A stretch of 64,000 nt of DNA from Schmidtea nova (taxonomy: Eukaryota): contig CM097883.1 of assembly GCA_044892505.1 (NCBI GenBank), positions 390,290,001 through 390,354,000 on the forward strand. The letters are read 5' to 3'. Under the pieces are notes generated by a model, which was not told where the DNA came from, ran no database searches, and saw only the letters and a program-made list of their open reading frames with translations. A program made the translations under genes and the position numbers. Each line of letters begins with the position of its first letter. Position 1 is the first letter of the stretch. Below, piece after piece: positions 1 to 12,899 of the stretch.

Positions 1-669
1 ACAGAAAGTGTCAATGTGTTTTTAATTATTTATAATAATATTAAAATATTTTTAATTGCTTAAATTCAAAATTCGTTATGGAAGAGTGAAGTACTTTTCC
101 CAGTCATTTTTCTATTGATTCACGTTGAAATAAGAACCCAAAATAATTTCAATTTCCACTTTTAAATAACTAAAAAATGTCTCAAATGAATTTTATAGAA
201 TGAAATGAATTTAAACTTTATTTTAAATATATATGGTTAATCCTGGAATGAAAATTGATTAATTATTATTTTGAAAAGTTAACTTTTTTGGTTTAATTTT
301 GGCATATAAAATAAATAGAATGTTGTGAAAAAGTTAAAATTTAAAATAAATTTTGTTTTTTATTTTAAATGTTAAATTGAATTTAAAAGAAGATAAATGT
401 TGTAGTGCCTCCGTCATATACATAATATTAAAATATGGACATATATAAAAAAGTAGTTGTTTTAATAACATAACGCAGAGGAGAATTTGAAGAGAAATAA
501 AGCACTTTAGAAACAGAATTTGAAAGGAATAATATAAAGCACTTTCGAAGCAGAATTTGGAGTTTGAATATAAACACTTTAGAAGCAGTTTTAAAAGAAG
601 CACAAGATATCTTTTATATAAATGTTGTATTTGATCGTAATGACTTTTGTTTTAGGGTTATCGGCAACG

Positions 670-1415
670 AAAGTTGCAACCCCGATAAATGTTTTTGGTT
701 TAAATATTTAAAGTTTTTCTTGGGATTTTGGTCTTCTTAAAACTAGAAGTGGTTATTTTAAAACAATTTGTTCAAAATTCAACATAAAGTGAAATGAAGA
801 TAAATGGACCGAGATATTTTGAACACAATTTTCAATTTCTTTGAAAATAATTCTTTGAAATGGTTCCGAAAGTTACTATAAAAAATAATGTTACATTTGT
901 TAAAGAATGTTGGAAGTAATTTCATCTTTGTTTATGTGTTAAAATTGATGATTTACTAAATTCAACTGTTCTTTCCAATGTCATTAATACTCAAGATGGA
1001 TCGATAACGATGCTAGAAATATTATCATTATTTATTGAAGAATTTTCGGAATTTATTTCCAAGTTGAACTTCAACGATGAGCCAGATGTCATAAAAATTC
1101 TTGAACCATTTGTGCGATTGGACCAGCTTGCCAATCTGTTACACTGTAACATTTCTTCACAAATTAATTTCTACTGGAATGAATGAAACTCGTTTGAATT
1201 TCAGCCATGAAACCTATGAATATCACGAGGAGACAATTAAATTAGTGAGAGAAGCAGTTCGCACATTCAAACCGTATTTCCGCCTAATTGCTATAGCGCT
1301 CAATATTGAGAGACCAGAAATTATAATTGTTCTTGTGAATATCATTCCAGCTGGAGAAGTGATGTTATGTAAAGGATCGAAAATTAAAATAGTTTTGGAT
1401 AATAAATATTCCTAG
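670..1415 (+). pseudogene. Decayed unknown coding sequence
   Basis: About 250 codons of protein-like frame (..NEDKWTEIF..FFENNSLKWFRKLL*KIMLHLL..LEILSLFIEEF..LDQLANLLHCN..) broken by stops and frameshifts; ends in track ORF 1101-1415; family not recognised. Confidence 0.35.
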
Positions 1416-1704
1416 CAAAGCAATAACAGTCAATTGTGGATGAATTATAATAATATAATTAGCATATTTAGACGTAAACAGCAGAATTTACATTGATGGT
1501 TTAATCAGTTAAGTCATAAGAGAAAAAGATTGCAAATGTTTAACGTGTAAAATGGAAAAGGGATGCCTATTGGTTTTGAAAAAAGAGTCAATCTTTCTGG
1601 AGCTAATGCAGATCTACCAGCTGTTTATGAAAAAGATTAAAAAAATTTATCTTTCGGCGTAAAATAGGAATGTCGGCATAATGTTTGCTTTCAAGAGAAT
1701 TTGC

Positions 1705-1707
<3 letters not shown>

Positions 1708-1792
<85 letters not shown>
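1708..1792. repeat. (TA)n microsatellite
   Basis: Direct reading. Confidence 0.98.
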
Positions 1793-1795
<3 letters not shown>

Positions 1796-2189
1796 GGCGG
1801 CTCGCAACGTGTTCGAAGTGCGCACTGCACACAGGCGCCGAAAATGAAAAGGTGTCTACAAGAAAATATGAAATTTTAATTTTAACAAAAACTATTTCGA
1901 ATTTTTTTTAGTTTTTAATTTTTTAGACACAATTGTTTTTAAATGAAAAGGTGACTCCAAAACAATTAAATTAATTTTCTATCTCTTACCTTTCCAAAAG
2001 AAAATCCGTCCACATTGTCTTCACAGTANNNNNNNNNNNNNNNNNNNNNNNNNNNNNNNNNNNNNNNNNNNNNNNNNNNNNNNNNNNNNNNNNNNNNNNN
2101 NNNNNNNNNNNNNNNNNNNNNNNNNNNNNNNNNNNNNNNNNNNNNNNNNNNNNNNNNNNNNAAATAATTTGATTTATTTAATATTTTCA

Positions 2190-2482
2190 TATAAACAAAA
2201 GTAGTGGATTTCATTTTGTTGTTTTAATGGAGTTGTTTATTATTTTAATTTGTAGGTATTTGAATTAACGCAACCTTAATTTCATATGTGTCGTGCTGTT
2301 GCAATCCAATCACGTACTGTTTTAAGCATGACAAATTTCGATTTTACTTATTCCAATTCCTTATTTTGATTTTTATATTAGGGAAGGCCACAGCAATTAG
2401 TCCACCATCATCCAGAATTTTGATCATACCACTCACTGATGAATGTCAATTGAAAGAAATCTTCGACAAATTCATTTTTTAA
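2190..2482 (+). pseudogene. Rhodopsin-family neuropeptide (CCK/sulfakinin-like) GPCR TM6-TM7 relic
   Basis: LISYVSCCCNPITYCFKHDKFR is a TM7 NPxxY/helix-8 motif; upstream in another frame FVVLMELFII resembles TM6; in-frame TGA just before TM7. Confidence 0.5.
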
Positions 2483-4321
2483 ATCATTTAGATATATATT
2501 TAGTATTAGGTTGTCCGCAATGGAATATCCGCTAAATGGATTATAATTCAAAAGGCGTACAAATATATTTAAACATTTATTATTAAATCAAAATATGATC
2601 CATCAGCATATAATTATAATTAATTTTATCATAAAAAATTTCAAATTTTTTCATAAAATTTTTAATTAATTATATATTAAAAATAATTTAACTGATAAAT
2701 TAATAAAAAAAATATAATTAAAAAAATATTCAATGATTACCACCTTTTACATATTATTCTAGTAAATAATTTTAAAGTAATCCAGACACCAACTACTAAA
2801 TTTCGAATAAAATTTTGAGTAACACGTCAAACTTTGATGTGTGTTTAAAATTTATTATTGAATGTTATTGATTGATAGAATTTACACCCATTAACAGTTT
2901 GCATAAATTTTCTAACGTGTACTGCCTTTTTGTGGTTAACAATTTGTTTCTAATCTTTTTGTCTACCGCATAACAAGAGATGTTATTCATTATAAGCACA
3001 CAGGTGAATGCTTGAAATTTTTATATAATAATTTTATTTTATATTATAAGTGGCATTTATCGTTATACGGTGTATTACTAATTTTTTTTATAAAATTGGT
3101 CTATGGTAAAATTATAGCAGTAAGGCCTTTTTCCTAATTTTAGGGCAATATGGCATCCGGTTATAAATTACCAAAAGTTTTCTTTTAAATTAATGAGTCT
3201 ATTTTACCTTATTATTTTATAATTGTTGTGGAAAATTATCTATAATAATCAAAATGAAAAATGATCGGTATTTAATCTGCTATTTATTTCCCAACAAATG
3301 TGAAAGAGAAATATAATTACAAATCGTGCTTGATAGTTATAGTTATGATTGATCACAGTCCACTCTAGCCAAATATTATTTCTTCCTTTTATTCTCATTT
3401 TATGGGCAATTGTTAATCTGAGCTTCATTAGTTAGAATTACAGTCAAATAACAATATTAGCAGTTATTTCATACGAAATATAAATTTTCAAGATGGGCTA
3501 ATTAACTATTTCGCTAGGGGTGAATTTTGAAAAGGTCTAAATTTTGTGGGAGAGTTTAATATTTTGCGCATAAATGTATTCATTTTGAAATACTTAAACC
3601 AACTAGCGGCAACCGTTTTATATTAATCCTTTGAGATAGTAATTCACATTGATAGGCATCAAGTAACGTAACCAGAATTTTTGGCGGGGGGGGGGGCTTT
3701 GATTTTTTTAAAAAGTTTCATTTTCCCGAATTTGTTTTGTTAAAAATGGTGTAAGCTACAAACATGTTTATTAATACCTAATTTTTTATGTTTGTGAATA
3801 AAAATGTAGTTACGTATATTAAAATTACATCTAGGATAACATTTATTTATTAATGTGTCGTTATTTTTGGTATATCGTACTAAAAACGTTTGAGGTTTAT
3901 TAGGATTTTTGGTAAACATTTTTTAAAAACCATATGACTGGTCGATATTTTTAAAGTAATAAAAAGGAAATTTTTTACATGCAAAAGTCATATTTTGAAG
4001 ACGAAATGAAAAATAAAATTACTTAAAATGAGTTGAAAACGATAAATGTCATTAAAATTGCATAATAATAATAATATCAATAATTTCCATAAGACTATAG
4101 ATCAAAATACAAGAAAGATATCATCAACATAACGTTTGTATACTGAAAGGTTTATTCACATTACAAGTTGTAAAACTTGTTTAAATAATATTAGTGTAGT
4201 GCCTCCGTTATAATTATATGTTATTATATTATTTAATTAAATGTCATATTATTTATATATTAAAATCAATTATCAATTTAATTATTTATAAAAAAAATCA
4301 ATTTGTTTAAATCACAAAAAA

Positions 4322-4765
4322 ATGGCACTTTTCACCTTATTCAAAAAACGACAAGCAAGAAGCAATTTACAAAAAATGGAAGCTGCACAAATTAAAACCC
4401 AACGCAAACCACAAAGTTACCAATCGAATGTTGCAATTAAAAAGAACTCAAATCGTACGAAAGAATTCAGTGAGCACAAGAGGCGAATGAGACAATCAAT
4501 CACCCCAGTTATTGCTACAAGCACAAAGATAGATATTTCTACCATTGATATTCCAGAGCGCATTAAAGGCAGCTATTTCATTAAGCGAAAGAAGATTAAA
4601 TCTACTGTGAAACCTGATGATATATTTGCAGCTAAGAAAGAACAATTTGTTTTATTGAATATATTTTTTTTCTTCTTATTAAATTTATTTGCAGATACTA
4701 AAATTAGAAATAGTGCAAAATTTAATTATAATACAATAAATATTATTTTAAAACTTTTTGTTTAG
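4322..4765 (+). CDS. Orphan basic (K/R-rich) protein, possibly with a short intron near 4649-4694
   Basis: ATG-initiated 147-codon ORF in AT-rich surroundings; no family recognised. Confidence 0.45.
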   Translation: MALFTLFKKRQARSNLQKMEAAQIKTQRKPQSYQSNVAIKKNSNRTKEFSEHKRRMRQSITPVIATSTKIDISTIDIPERIKGSYFIKRKKIKSTVKPDDIFAAKKEQFVLLNIFFFFLLNLFADTKIRNSAKFNYNTINIILKLFV

Positions 4766-4781
4766 TTGTTTTAAAAATATT

Positions 4782-5052
4782 TCAAACCATTTTATAGAAG
4801 AAAATTTTAATTAAACTGTTTTTTATTTTGTGAGTTTCTACTGTTAGACTTTTGGCTTTGAAAGTTGGCTGGCAAAGAGGTCTGCAACATCCACTGCATA
4901 TGGGAACTGGTTGGATATGACTGAAAATACTGTTTATCCTTAGGCATTTCACATCCATAAAATATGAATTTGGTGATAGATCTAATCGCCTAAGTTTGCA
5001 TTTCTCTAATTCACTCTTTAAATAAGTGTAAATAATCAATAATTAATAGCAT
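4782..5052 (-). pseudogene. RPS27: 40S ribosomal protein S27 pseudogene (intronless)
   Basis: MLLIIDYLH-(2-nt frameshift)-YLKSELEKCKLRRLDLSPNSYFMDVKC---LRINSIFSH..ICSGCCRPLCQPT; lacks the PGC of the first CxxC; divergent C-terminus. Confidence 0.85.
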
Positions 5053-5229
5053 TAGAAATAAAAAGGGTTTTTTTATAAATTAAAATTTTTATTCTATTCA
5101 AAATTTGTTATTATTTAAACAAACTTATTAGTTTTTTATTACTAGCATTTAACTCTAATTATTAAATTCTATGTTTAACTCTATTTGTTAATCTCCACAT
5201 ATAGCGCCCATCAAAGGAAGTGGAATATG

Positions 5230-7100
5230 CAATAGTTCTTGACTAAATCAGATATTCAAAGTGTTTTAATGTGAAAAGATGGCTTGACTTTGCACAGATT
5301 AATTTTTTTATGTCGTTCATCTACAATAATCATTATTGTATTTTTTCCGGATGAACTTTCACAACTTTGAAAGGTCCTTTGTGCCGTGGTTGGAGAGAAA
5401 TTTGACATTCTATTAACAACCAGACATACAATGCGTCAAAAATTTTAGTTCGGACATAGATCCTTACATTTTCTGGAAAACTATCCATGGTGTTAAGATT
5501 TTGAAAGGAAATCCGAACAGCTTTGAGATTTACATCGTCTGATGGTGTGTTTAAATATAAAGATCATTCACTAACACAGTATTAGATCCAAAAAGAAGCT
5601 GGGCAGACGATAAACCATGGCAGCTATTGGGAATAGTTCAGCAGCCTAACAATATAAGTGAAAGCGTGCAGAGAATTCTTTAGTGTTCTATGAAATCTCT
5701 CTACGAGGCTGTTTGTTTGAGGGTGGTACGTCGTTGTTCCTATTTTCTGTGATACCAATAATTTTGTGAGAACAAAACAGGCGGGACTCAAATTGTCTGC
5801 CTTGGTCAATTTCGATGTATTTAAGTGCTACAAAATGTGAAACTAATTATTAACAAAAATTTTAATATTTTTTTCTAAATTAATTGAGCGCGCTGGAAAC
5901 GCTTCTGGCCACCTGGTGTTTCGATCGATCATTGTCAAAAGGTAAGTATATCCTTGAGGTGGTGGTAATGGTCCAACAATATTAATATGTACTGTATTGA
6001 AACTATTGCCTGTTGGATGATGCATAATTGAAGGAGCTGAGTGCCGTGATATTTTGTTCTATTGTCAACTAAAACAAGACTTAGTCCACAATTTAACGTC
6101 TTTCGCACGAAAGGCCAAATGAGTTTTGTTCTTAAAAAATTTTATATTTATTTGTGATCTTTGAATTCGAATAGATTTTGGAAAGAATTGTAATTTTTGA
6201 TATTTAATAAAATTATTTAAACGAAGACTTTATTCTTATTATTTATTAACCAGTGAAGGTTGAGATTTCAAATATTGAGACCTCAACATAATTAGTTTTA
6301 TGATTTCTTTCAATTTGTAAAAAATTAGTATATTTATAAAAACGAAATCAATGTATATTTTCAAATAATTTATTTACTGAGGGCCGTGTATATTTTTTTC
6401 ACCTGTGCTAGTGATTTCCCTTGTCGCCTCTGGTAATACACTTGTATATGCAGGACGATGAACATATTTGAGTTGAAAGAAATAGAGATGTTATTCTTAG
6501 GTTATTAATGAATAGTTGGTGGTATCTGACTCCGGTGTTCTCTTTTTATCACAACAATAAATTAGACCCAACACAATAATTTTAATTTTTTTCGATTCAA
6601 TAACAAAACTCTAAATCACAGAAAGTTATCAATGTTCTGCACTCTGCGATAGGGTAGAACACCCAATGGGATATCTCCCTTTCTGGTAGGCAGGAAATTG
6701 ATCGATCGATACTTTATAACTTATTACCGTTTCAGCTTTCTTTTCCCCTTACAGATTCTTCGCTCAACTCTTTTGAATTTTTCTTCGGCCAACTATGCGA
6801 GTACGGCAATTTTGACTTGCTCTTTATAGTGATTTTTCGATTGGTCATGTTTCGCCTTAATGGATTTGTCAATTAATCAATTAAATTGGGAGTTAAATTG
6901 ACGCTAAGTGGGTTTGTGGCTTCTTTCCTCGAAGCACCAATCAATAAGTCCATTTATTTTAATTAATAGATTTGTTGATGCCCGGGGGTTCCCACGTCGC
7001 TCGGTTTTCTTACTAGCTCGGGTTTCCCATTAGGTAATTAATTATTTTAATTAATTTTTATTTTCTTAATATTTCTTTCTGGGGGTCCCTTTTCAATTTT
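5230..7100 (-). mobile_element. Ty3/Gypsy LTR retrotransposon relic (protease and integrase fragments)
   Basis: IWPFVRKDVKLWTKSC (IN zinc domain), VHINIVGPLP..YLLTMIDRNTRWPEAFP, TTYHPQTNSLVERFHRTLK, LQPRHKGPFKV (GPY/F), degenerate protease near 6540; many stops; boundaries approximate. Confidence 0.85.
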
Positions 7101-8357
7101 ATATACCCATATTTGAATTCGTCTCATCATTGCCATCCTCCCATACCAGTTTCCCCCTCTCAATCTTTATTTTGAATTTTTATAAATTTTAATTAATGTT
7201 TGCACATTAATTATTATTTTTCCAATTTTCGTATTTTTATCTATTTGTACATAGTTTTTGTGCTTTCTAACTTTTTATTTCAAGCCTGTTTAGGCAACCC
7301 CGACATTATTATAAATAAAGCCTGTAAAACATTTATTTTTTAAATTGTCATTTATTCAAATAATATATTAAATAAAATTTTAATTATAGTTTCAATTTAA
7401 ACTTCATATAAATTATAATTTTGCAGTTTCAAATTGTCGAGTAAATCGGGATTTTTCTGTGTAAAAAAGATGGGAAAGTACTTTATTGGGCATTCAAAGT
7501 CAAAACAAATTTTGAAATAAATTTAATATTTATTGTTAAATATAATTGCGAAATATAAATATTTATGATTTTGAGAAATAATTTTCCTGTGTGGTAAATA
7601 TAATAATTGTTTGGTAATTATAACTTTACCAAGCCAGAATGGTTTAATTAATATGCAAATCCTTTTTCGGAATAAATTTAAGAATTTTTAGAATTTTTTT
7701 TATTAAAGAATTAATTATGGTTAATAATGTTTATTAAATTTAATTTATATTTTAAAAAATTAATAAATTACAGCTTAGTGAAGAGAAAAAAGCCATTATG
7801 ACGTTTTTTAAACACAAATTTCTGTTTAGAATTAGGTGCATGAAGGGACCCTGCTTCAAATAGTTCCCCCTAAATTGAATTAAGGCCAAATACGAAGCAA
7901 CAAAAAATTCTTTAATTCAAAATGTGGAATTTAACTTATTTAAGATTAAGTCTATCTCTTATTTCATTCATGAAAATTATTAATTTAATTTTAATTATTA
8001 TTCTTTTATAATAATGACGGTAGCATTTTTTTGAATTCAATTAGTATTAGATAAATGAAGAACAGATTTTCATTTAAAAAGCGGGTATGTTATGATTCTA
8101 TTTTGCGTTCCATTTCCAACAATAAAAAAATAATTCTATGATGTTTGCAANNNNNNNNNNNNNNNNNNNNNNNNNNNNNNNNNNNNNNNNNNNNNNNNNN
8201 NNNNNNNNNNNNNNNNNNNNNNNNNNNNNNNNNNNNNNNNNNNNNNNNNNNNNNNNNNNNNNNNNNNNNNNNNNNNNNNNNNNNNNNNNNNNNNNNNNNN
8301 NNNNNNNNNNNNNNNNNNNNNNNNNNNNNNNNNNNNNNNNNNNNNNNNNNNNNNNNN

Positions 8358-8552
8358 TTCACCTTTGATCTTTTTCTTATTATTTTTTTCAATAATTCCC
8401 ATAATGATTATAGATCAAAATTTCTTTAAAATAGTACACAATATTTCGGCACAGCCTTTATCAATATACACACTTGATAAAGGCTGTGTCGAAATATTGT
8501 GTACTTTTTTAAAGAAATTTTGATCTATAGTCATTTTGGGAATTATTGAAAA

Positions 8553-8557
<5 letters not shown>
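8358..8557. repeat. Palindromic (hairpin) repeat family, copy 1, abutting a gap and (TA)n
   Basis: ..acacaatatttcggcacagcctttatcaa-loop-ttgataaaggctgtgtcgaaatattgtgt.. with arms of ~90 bp. Confidence 0.9.

Positions 8558-8625
<68 letters not shown>
8558..8625. repeat. (TA)n microsatellite
   Basis: Direct reading. Confidence 0.98.
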
Positions 8626-8626
<1 letters not shown>

Positions 8627-10749
8627 CCAGGGTCGAGAGACAACACCAGGCCCAGGGAAAAAACTAAAAAAACTTTTTTGAGTCTAAAAAAGTAAATAAC
8701 AAAATATATTTTATAGTATTTATTTAATTTAACTTAATTATTCATTATAAATCAGTGTAATAAAGATTTTTTGGCTTTTTTATTTACAAAATATTTTGTC
8801 ACATTTTCGAAATCTAGTTCCCTCATTATATCAGAAGTATACTTATTATATAAATCAATACTACTTTGCATTAACGAGTCAATGTCAATTTTTAAATAAT
8901 TCCACAAAAACGCGAATGAACCACATATTTGATTCAGAGCTCGATATCGCCAAGTTAAGCTTCTGATAATAACATCTAAAATTTTGTAAAACACCTGCGT
9001 TTTTAAGTAATTTTTACCCGTTATTTCTGTATCATTATTGTCATCATTAATTTCATCTGCAAATCTTTTCCTAAATTTACGTCTTGTATCATACGAATTA
9101 GTGTTAAAATCGATTTTAAAATTTTCTGCAACAATTTTACATTCAGTCAAAATATCACTCTATTTTTTTTCTAATATTTTTTAAATCGAAAATCAAACTA
9201 TTGATATTGCTTTCTTCAATGTCAACAGTTGCATTTACATTTTGCAAAATTTTTGTTTTCTGCAATCGATTGCCGCCAATATTCTAAACCATATATTCGA
9301 TAAAATCAAACATTCAAAAGAGTTTAAATACTTTAGAATTCCATTTAAATCAGATCTAGTTTCTGCAGTTAAATCAGAAAATGAAATTTCTTTAACTGCT
9401 TACCGTAATCCTCTTAAGTTACTGGCAAGTGGTTTTACAGCATCTATTCTTGCTGACCAACGTTTATCAGATAAACCATGTAAGGAACAACCGATACTTT
9501 CTTTTAAAATTTTCCATCTCATGGGACTTGAACTAAAAATATTATATAATTTTTGAATCGTTCTAAAACATGTAACTGCTTCAATACAAGCTTCTACAGC
9601 GTCTACACCACAAAGATTAGGCGAATGGCAAGCACAAGGAGAAAATACCGCGAAACTATTTTTTTCAAAATTAAACTTTGAGCACCTTTATACGGACCTC
9701 TCATGTTTGTGCCATTATCATACCCCTGACCACGGCAATCGGTAAATGTGATTTCATATTTTTCAAGTGTACTTAAAATTAAATTAGCAATCGCTTCAGC
9801 TGTTTTTTTATTACAGTCAACAAACTTTAAAAACTGTTCCTTAATTTCAAACTTTTCTGTATCATTACCTCGCATTTAACTTAACACTAAAACTGTTTGA
9901 TCAATATGAGCCGCATCGGGAGTAATATTTTGCTTTTTCTCTTTCTTTACGAATCGTTTTTGTAATAAGAATCAATTATTGTGCGTTCCAAACTTAACGG
10001 AACTTCAGATTCTTCAGTAACATCGCATGACTGAAAATCTTCATTTACGACCTCAGATATATTTTGTTCTTGCTGATAGTCAACTTGAGCTTTTTGTTCA
10101 TTATTTTCTTTTGTATTGTCATCAAAATTTGGTAAAGTTGCCATAGTTGTTCAATATAAACCCTAGATTTTCTAGAGAATTTTTATTCTTATTCCTCTTT
10201 TGATCTCTCAAAACCTGTTTTGTGCTTTTTTTTGCACCTGATTTATGTTTGTAATCCATAGTCAAAAATTGATATTCTAAAATAAAGTAAAAAAATTATT
10301 TATCAACTGATAATGTGTCCCCTTCAAACAAAAAATGACTCAGAAAAATGAAACAAAATTTACACCGTTATGATTCCAATTATGTTATATACTCAATTCT
10401 GTTTTTATGCGATTTTAAAGTTATGTGGTTTTTCATAGAAACAAATTTTTATAGAAACAAATTTTTTACACGATTTAGAAATGATGCGACTTGTTCCTTC
10501 TTTTTTGTGCTCGTAATGATTCTTTTCTCGCTTACTTCTTCTTCACTCATTGCGTGATAAAAAAATAATTTTACACACTGTGCTCATTATTATTGTGTCT
10601 GGTATGGTTTAAATTCGATATCAGTGAAATTGGTTGTAAACTGTTTCATGGTGTAATTTTAATTTGAGTTGTTTTGTTTTTATTAGATAAATGTAAAAAA
10701 TTTAAAAAATTATTTTTTTATAAATTTAAATTAAACTAAATTTTTTTTA

Positions 10750-11650
10750 AATTAAAATTATTGAACTTATCCCTATTTATTCAATGTAGGTAGTGTCTTT
10801 TTTAATGTGATTTTTTATGCTTTTTTCTGAGGAACCTATCTATCGCATAAAAACAGAATTGAATGTATATTTATGTAATTATATGTGAACTTACATTTGT
10901 TATGGTTGAATTCTTGTTGTGTCAATTAGCGTGATACTTGCGTGTGTTATTCTTTTTTACTATTCTTTTTATTATTACTTTTTTTATTATTAGTTGGCAA
11001 ACTTTTGGAAATAATAAGAAATAGAATTTCAAATTAAAATTAAGATTTAAAAAAAATAATCAATCACAAATATAAAACTATAGAAAATAAGCGAAATTTA
11101 AAAAAATCAATACGAAAAGAATAATAACAAAACTATAGAAACTATCAAAAGATTAAATAACTAAGGAATTTGAAACAGAAAATAACGAACAAAAACGATA
11201 TAAACAATTTAAGAAGAGAGATTAAAAATATTTTAGAAGATATAAATTAATGCAACGAATTCAAAAACAAGATCCAAACAAAAAATAGAACTTGGAAACT
11301 AAAATATTTAAAGTTTGAAATTTGTAAGAAACTCATAGCGTAACAATTCTATCCGAAACATTAAAAGAAGGGATCAATTCAGAACCAATTTATTATTCTA
11401 AGAATTTTGAAAAGTCAAAACTTTATTGAATTACGTGAGTATTGGTTCAGTCTTTAATTAAATAAAAGTTATCATTAAAAGTCTGTTTTGTTACATTTGT
11501 TTGGAGTTACATAATCACATACACACGCACGCATTCACACAACCATACATAGCACTCACCCGAACAGTCACGACACATTTTTACCGGTGACTCTGTTGGG
11601 CTCAACAGTTTCCTTTTCACACACACAATTCTAACATAATACCATATAAC
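10750..11650 (+). repeat. Interspersed LTR-like repeat, related to 41760-42600
   Basis: Shared blocks acacacgca and aacagtc.cga.aca.ttttt..actctgttgg.ctc, preceded by K/N-rich degenerate frames. Confidence 0.45.
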
Positions 11651-11843
11651 CGTATAAAACCATAATAACATATTTACAAAATATCTACAACCATGAAATA
11701 CTTCTAAAAATTAAAAATATTTAATTAAATAATCTTAAAATTAAGATAAAATAACGTAATTAGTAATTAAATTTTTACAAAAAGGTTTATTGCTGACTTT
11801 TACAATATCATGCATAAAATTAGTTAAAATATTTTACATTTTA

Positions 11844-11844
<1 letters not shown>

Positions 11845-11886
<42 letters not shown>
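11845..11886. repeat. (AAT)n microsatellite
   Basis: Direct reading. Confidence 0.95.
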
Positions 11887-12899
11887 TATTAAATTTATTA
11901 AAAAAGAAATTTACTAATAATTTTAAAATACAAATATTTTTAATTTGAATTAGTTACTGAATCATTTTAAATACAATTCCTTTAAATATTTAAATTATAT
12001 AGTTAATTTTGAAAATAAAATTCTGAGACATGAATTCTAAGATATTTTATTTTTTTCCTGACTTTTTTTAAATTTTCTGTGAAAAAAGAAAATTGAATTA
12101 AAATAATTTAATATTTTAAATCATGATTAAATTTATTTTATAGGAAATGCAAAAATTATTTGCTTCAATTTTTATACAAAATTTGAATAATATATAAATA
12201 TCTTCTCGATTCAAGAAAAATAAATTAATTAATTAACAAATCATTTGTCAAAAATTCAATAATTGTTATTTTTATTTATAAAAATAAACTTTATTTAAAA
12301 AATTTAGCTTATTTTTCTGACTACGTATAGCCACCATAAGAAAAGTCCCATTGGTTTGTGGGAGACTCCTCTATAAACCCAGAGTTACAGCTAGCTTCCC
12401 TTGACCAACATTATAACTTATACCTTAGGTGGTAACCACACGTATATAGGCGACAGACAAGGCTTAAACGCACCATTTAGGCTTTCATCAGCTCCCTACT
12501 GGTTTTCTACACCTATAAACTTGGTGTGTGATGCCTAACTAAAGTTCATCCATAGCTGGTGTTGGTATAAAAAAGGTATTATTCCTTTACTGCTCGCTTA
12601 GCAGATTCTATACCTCCCTCTTCCTTTCTCTCTCTTCTGTTCTCCCAGCCATCCACCCTTATCCTCTTCTTCTTTCCTATAGTTATTCCTTCTCCCAACC
12701 ATCTTCCCTTTCAATAATTGTTATTTGTTTAATTTATTTTAATTAGAATGTCAAAATAAGGGTAGATAAAATAGAAATGGCAAACGACGCGACGGAAGGG
12801 CTAGGGCCCCGTGAAAATGTCTTGAGAGTCTGGGCCCTTTATTAACCCGGGTCCAGGGAATTCTACCCCTTCTCCTTCCTCTCAACGGTATTGTGTATA

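Larger units (their letters stand above)
8628..12893 (-). mobile_element. hAT element (ZMYM1-like transposase), decayed and internally deleted; CDS remnants 8752-10259
   Basis: MDYKHKSGAKK start, CRGQGYDNGTNMRG, PCACH, LSDKRWSAR, FYKILDVII. Degenerate TIRs caggg-tcgagag / ctcaacggtattg with 8-bp flanks tatatagc / tgtatagt (6/8 match). Confidence 0.75.

Noticed and set aside
1603-1911. IYIYIY ORFs (also 57584-57775)
   Set aside because: Translations of (TA)n microsatellites
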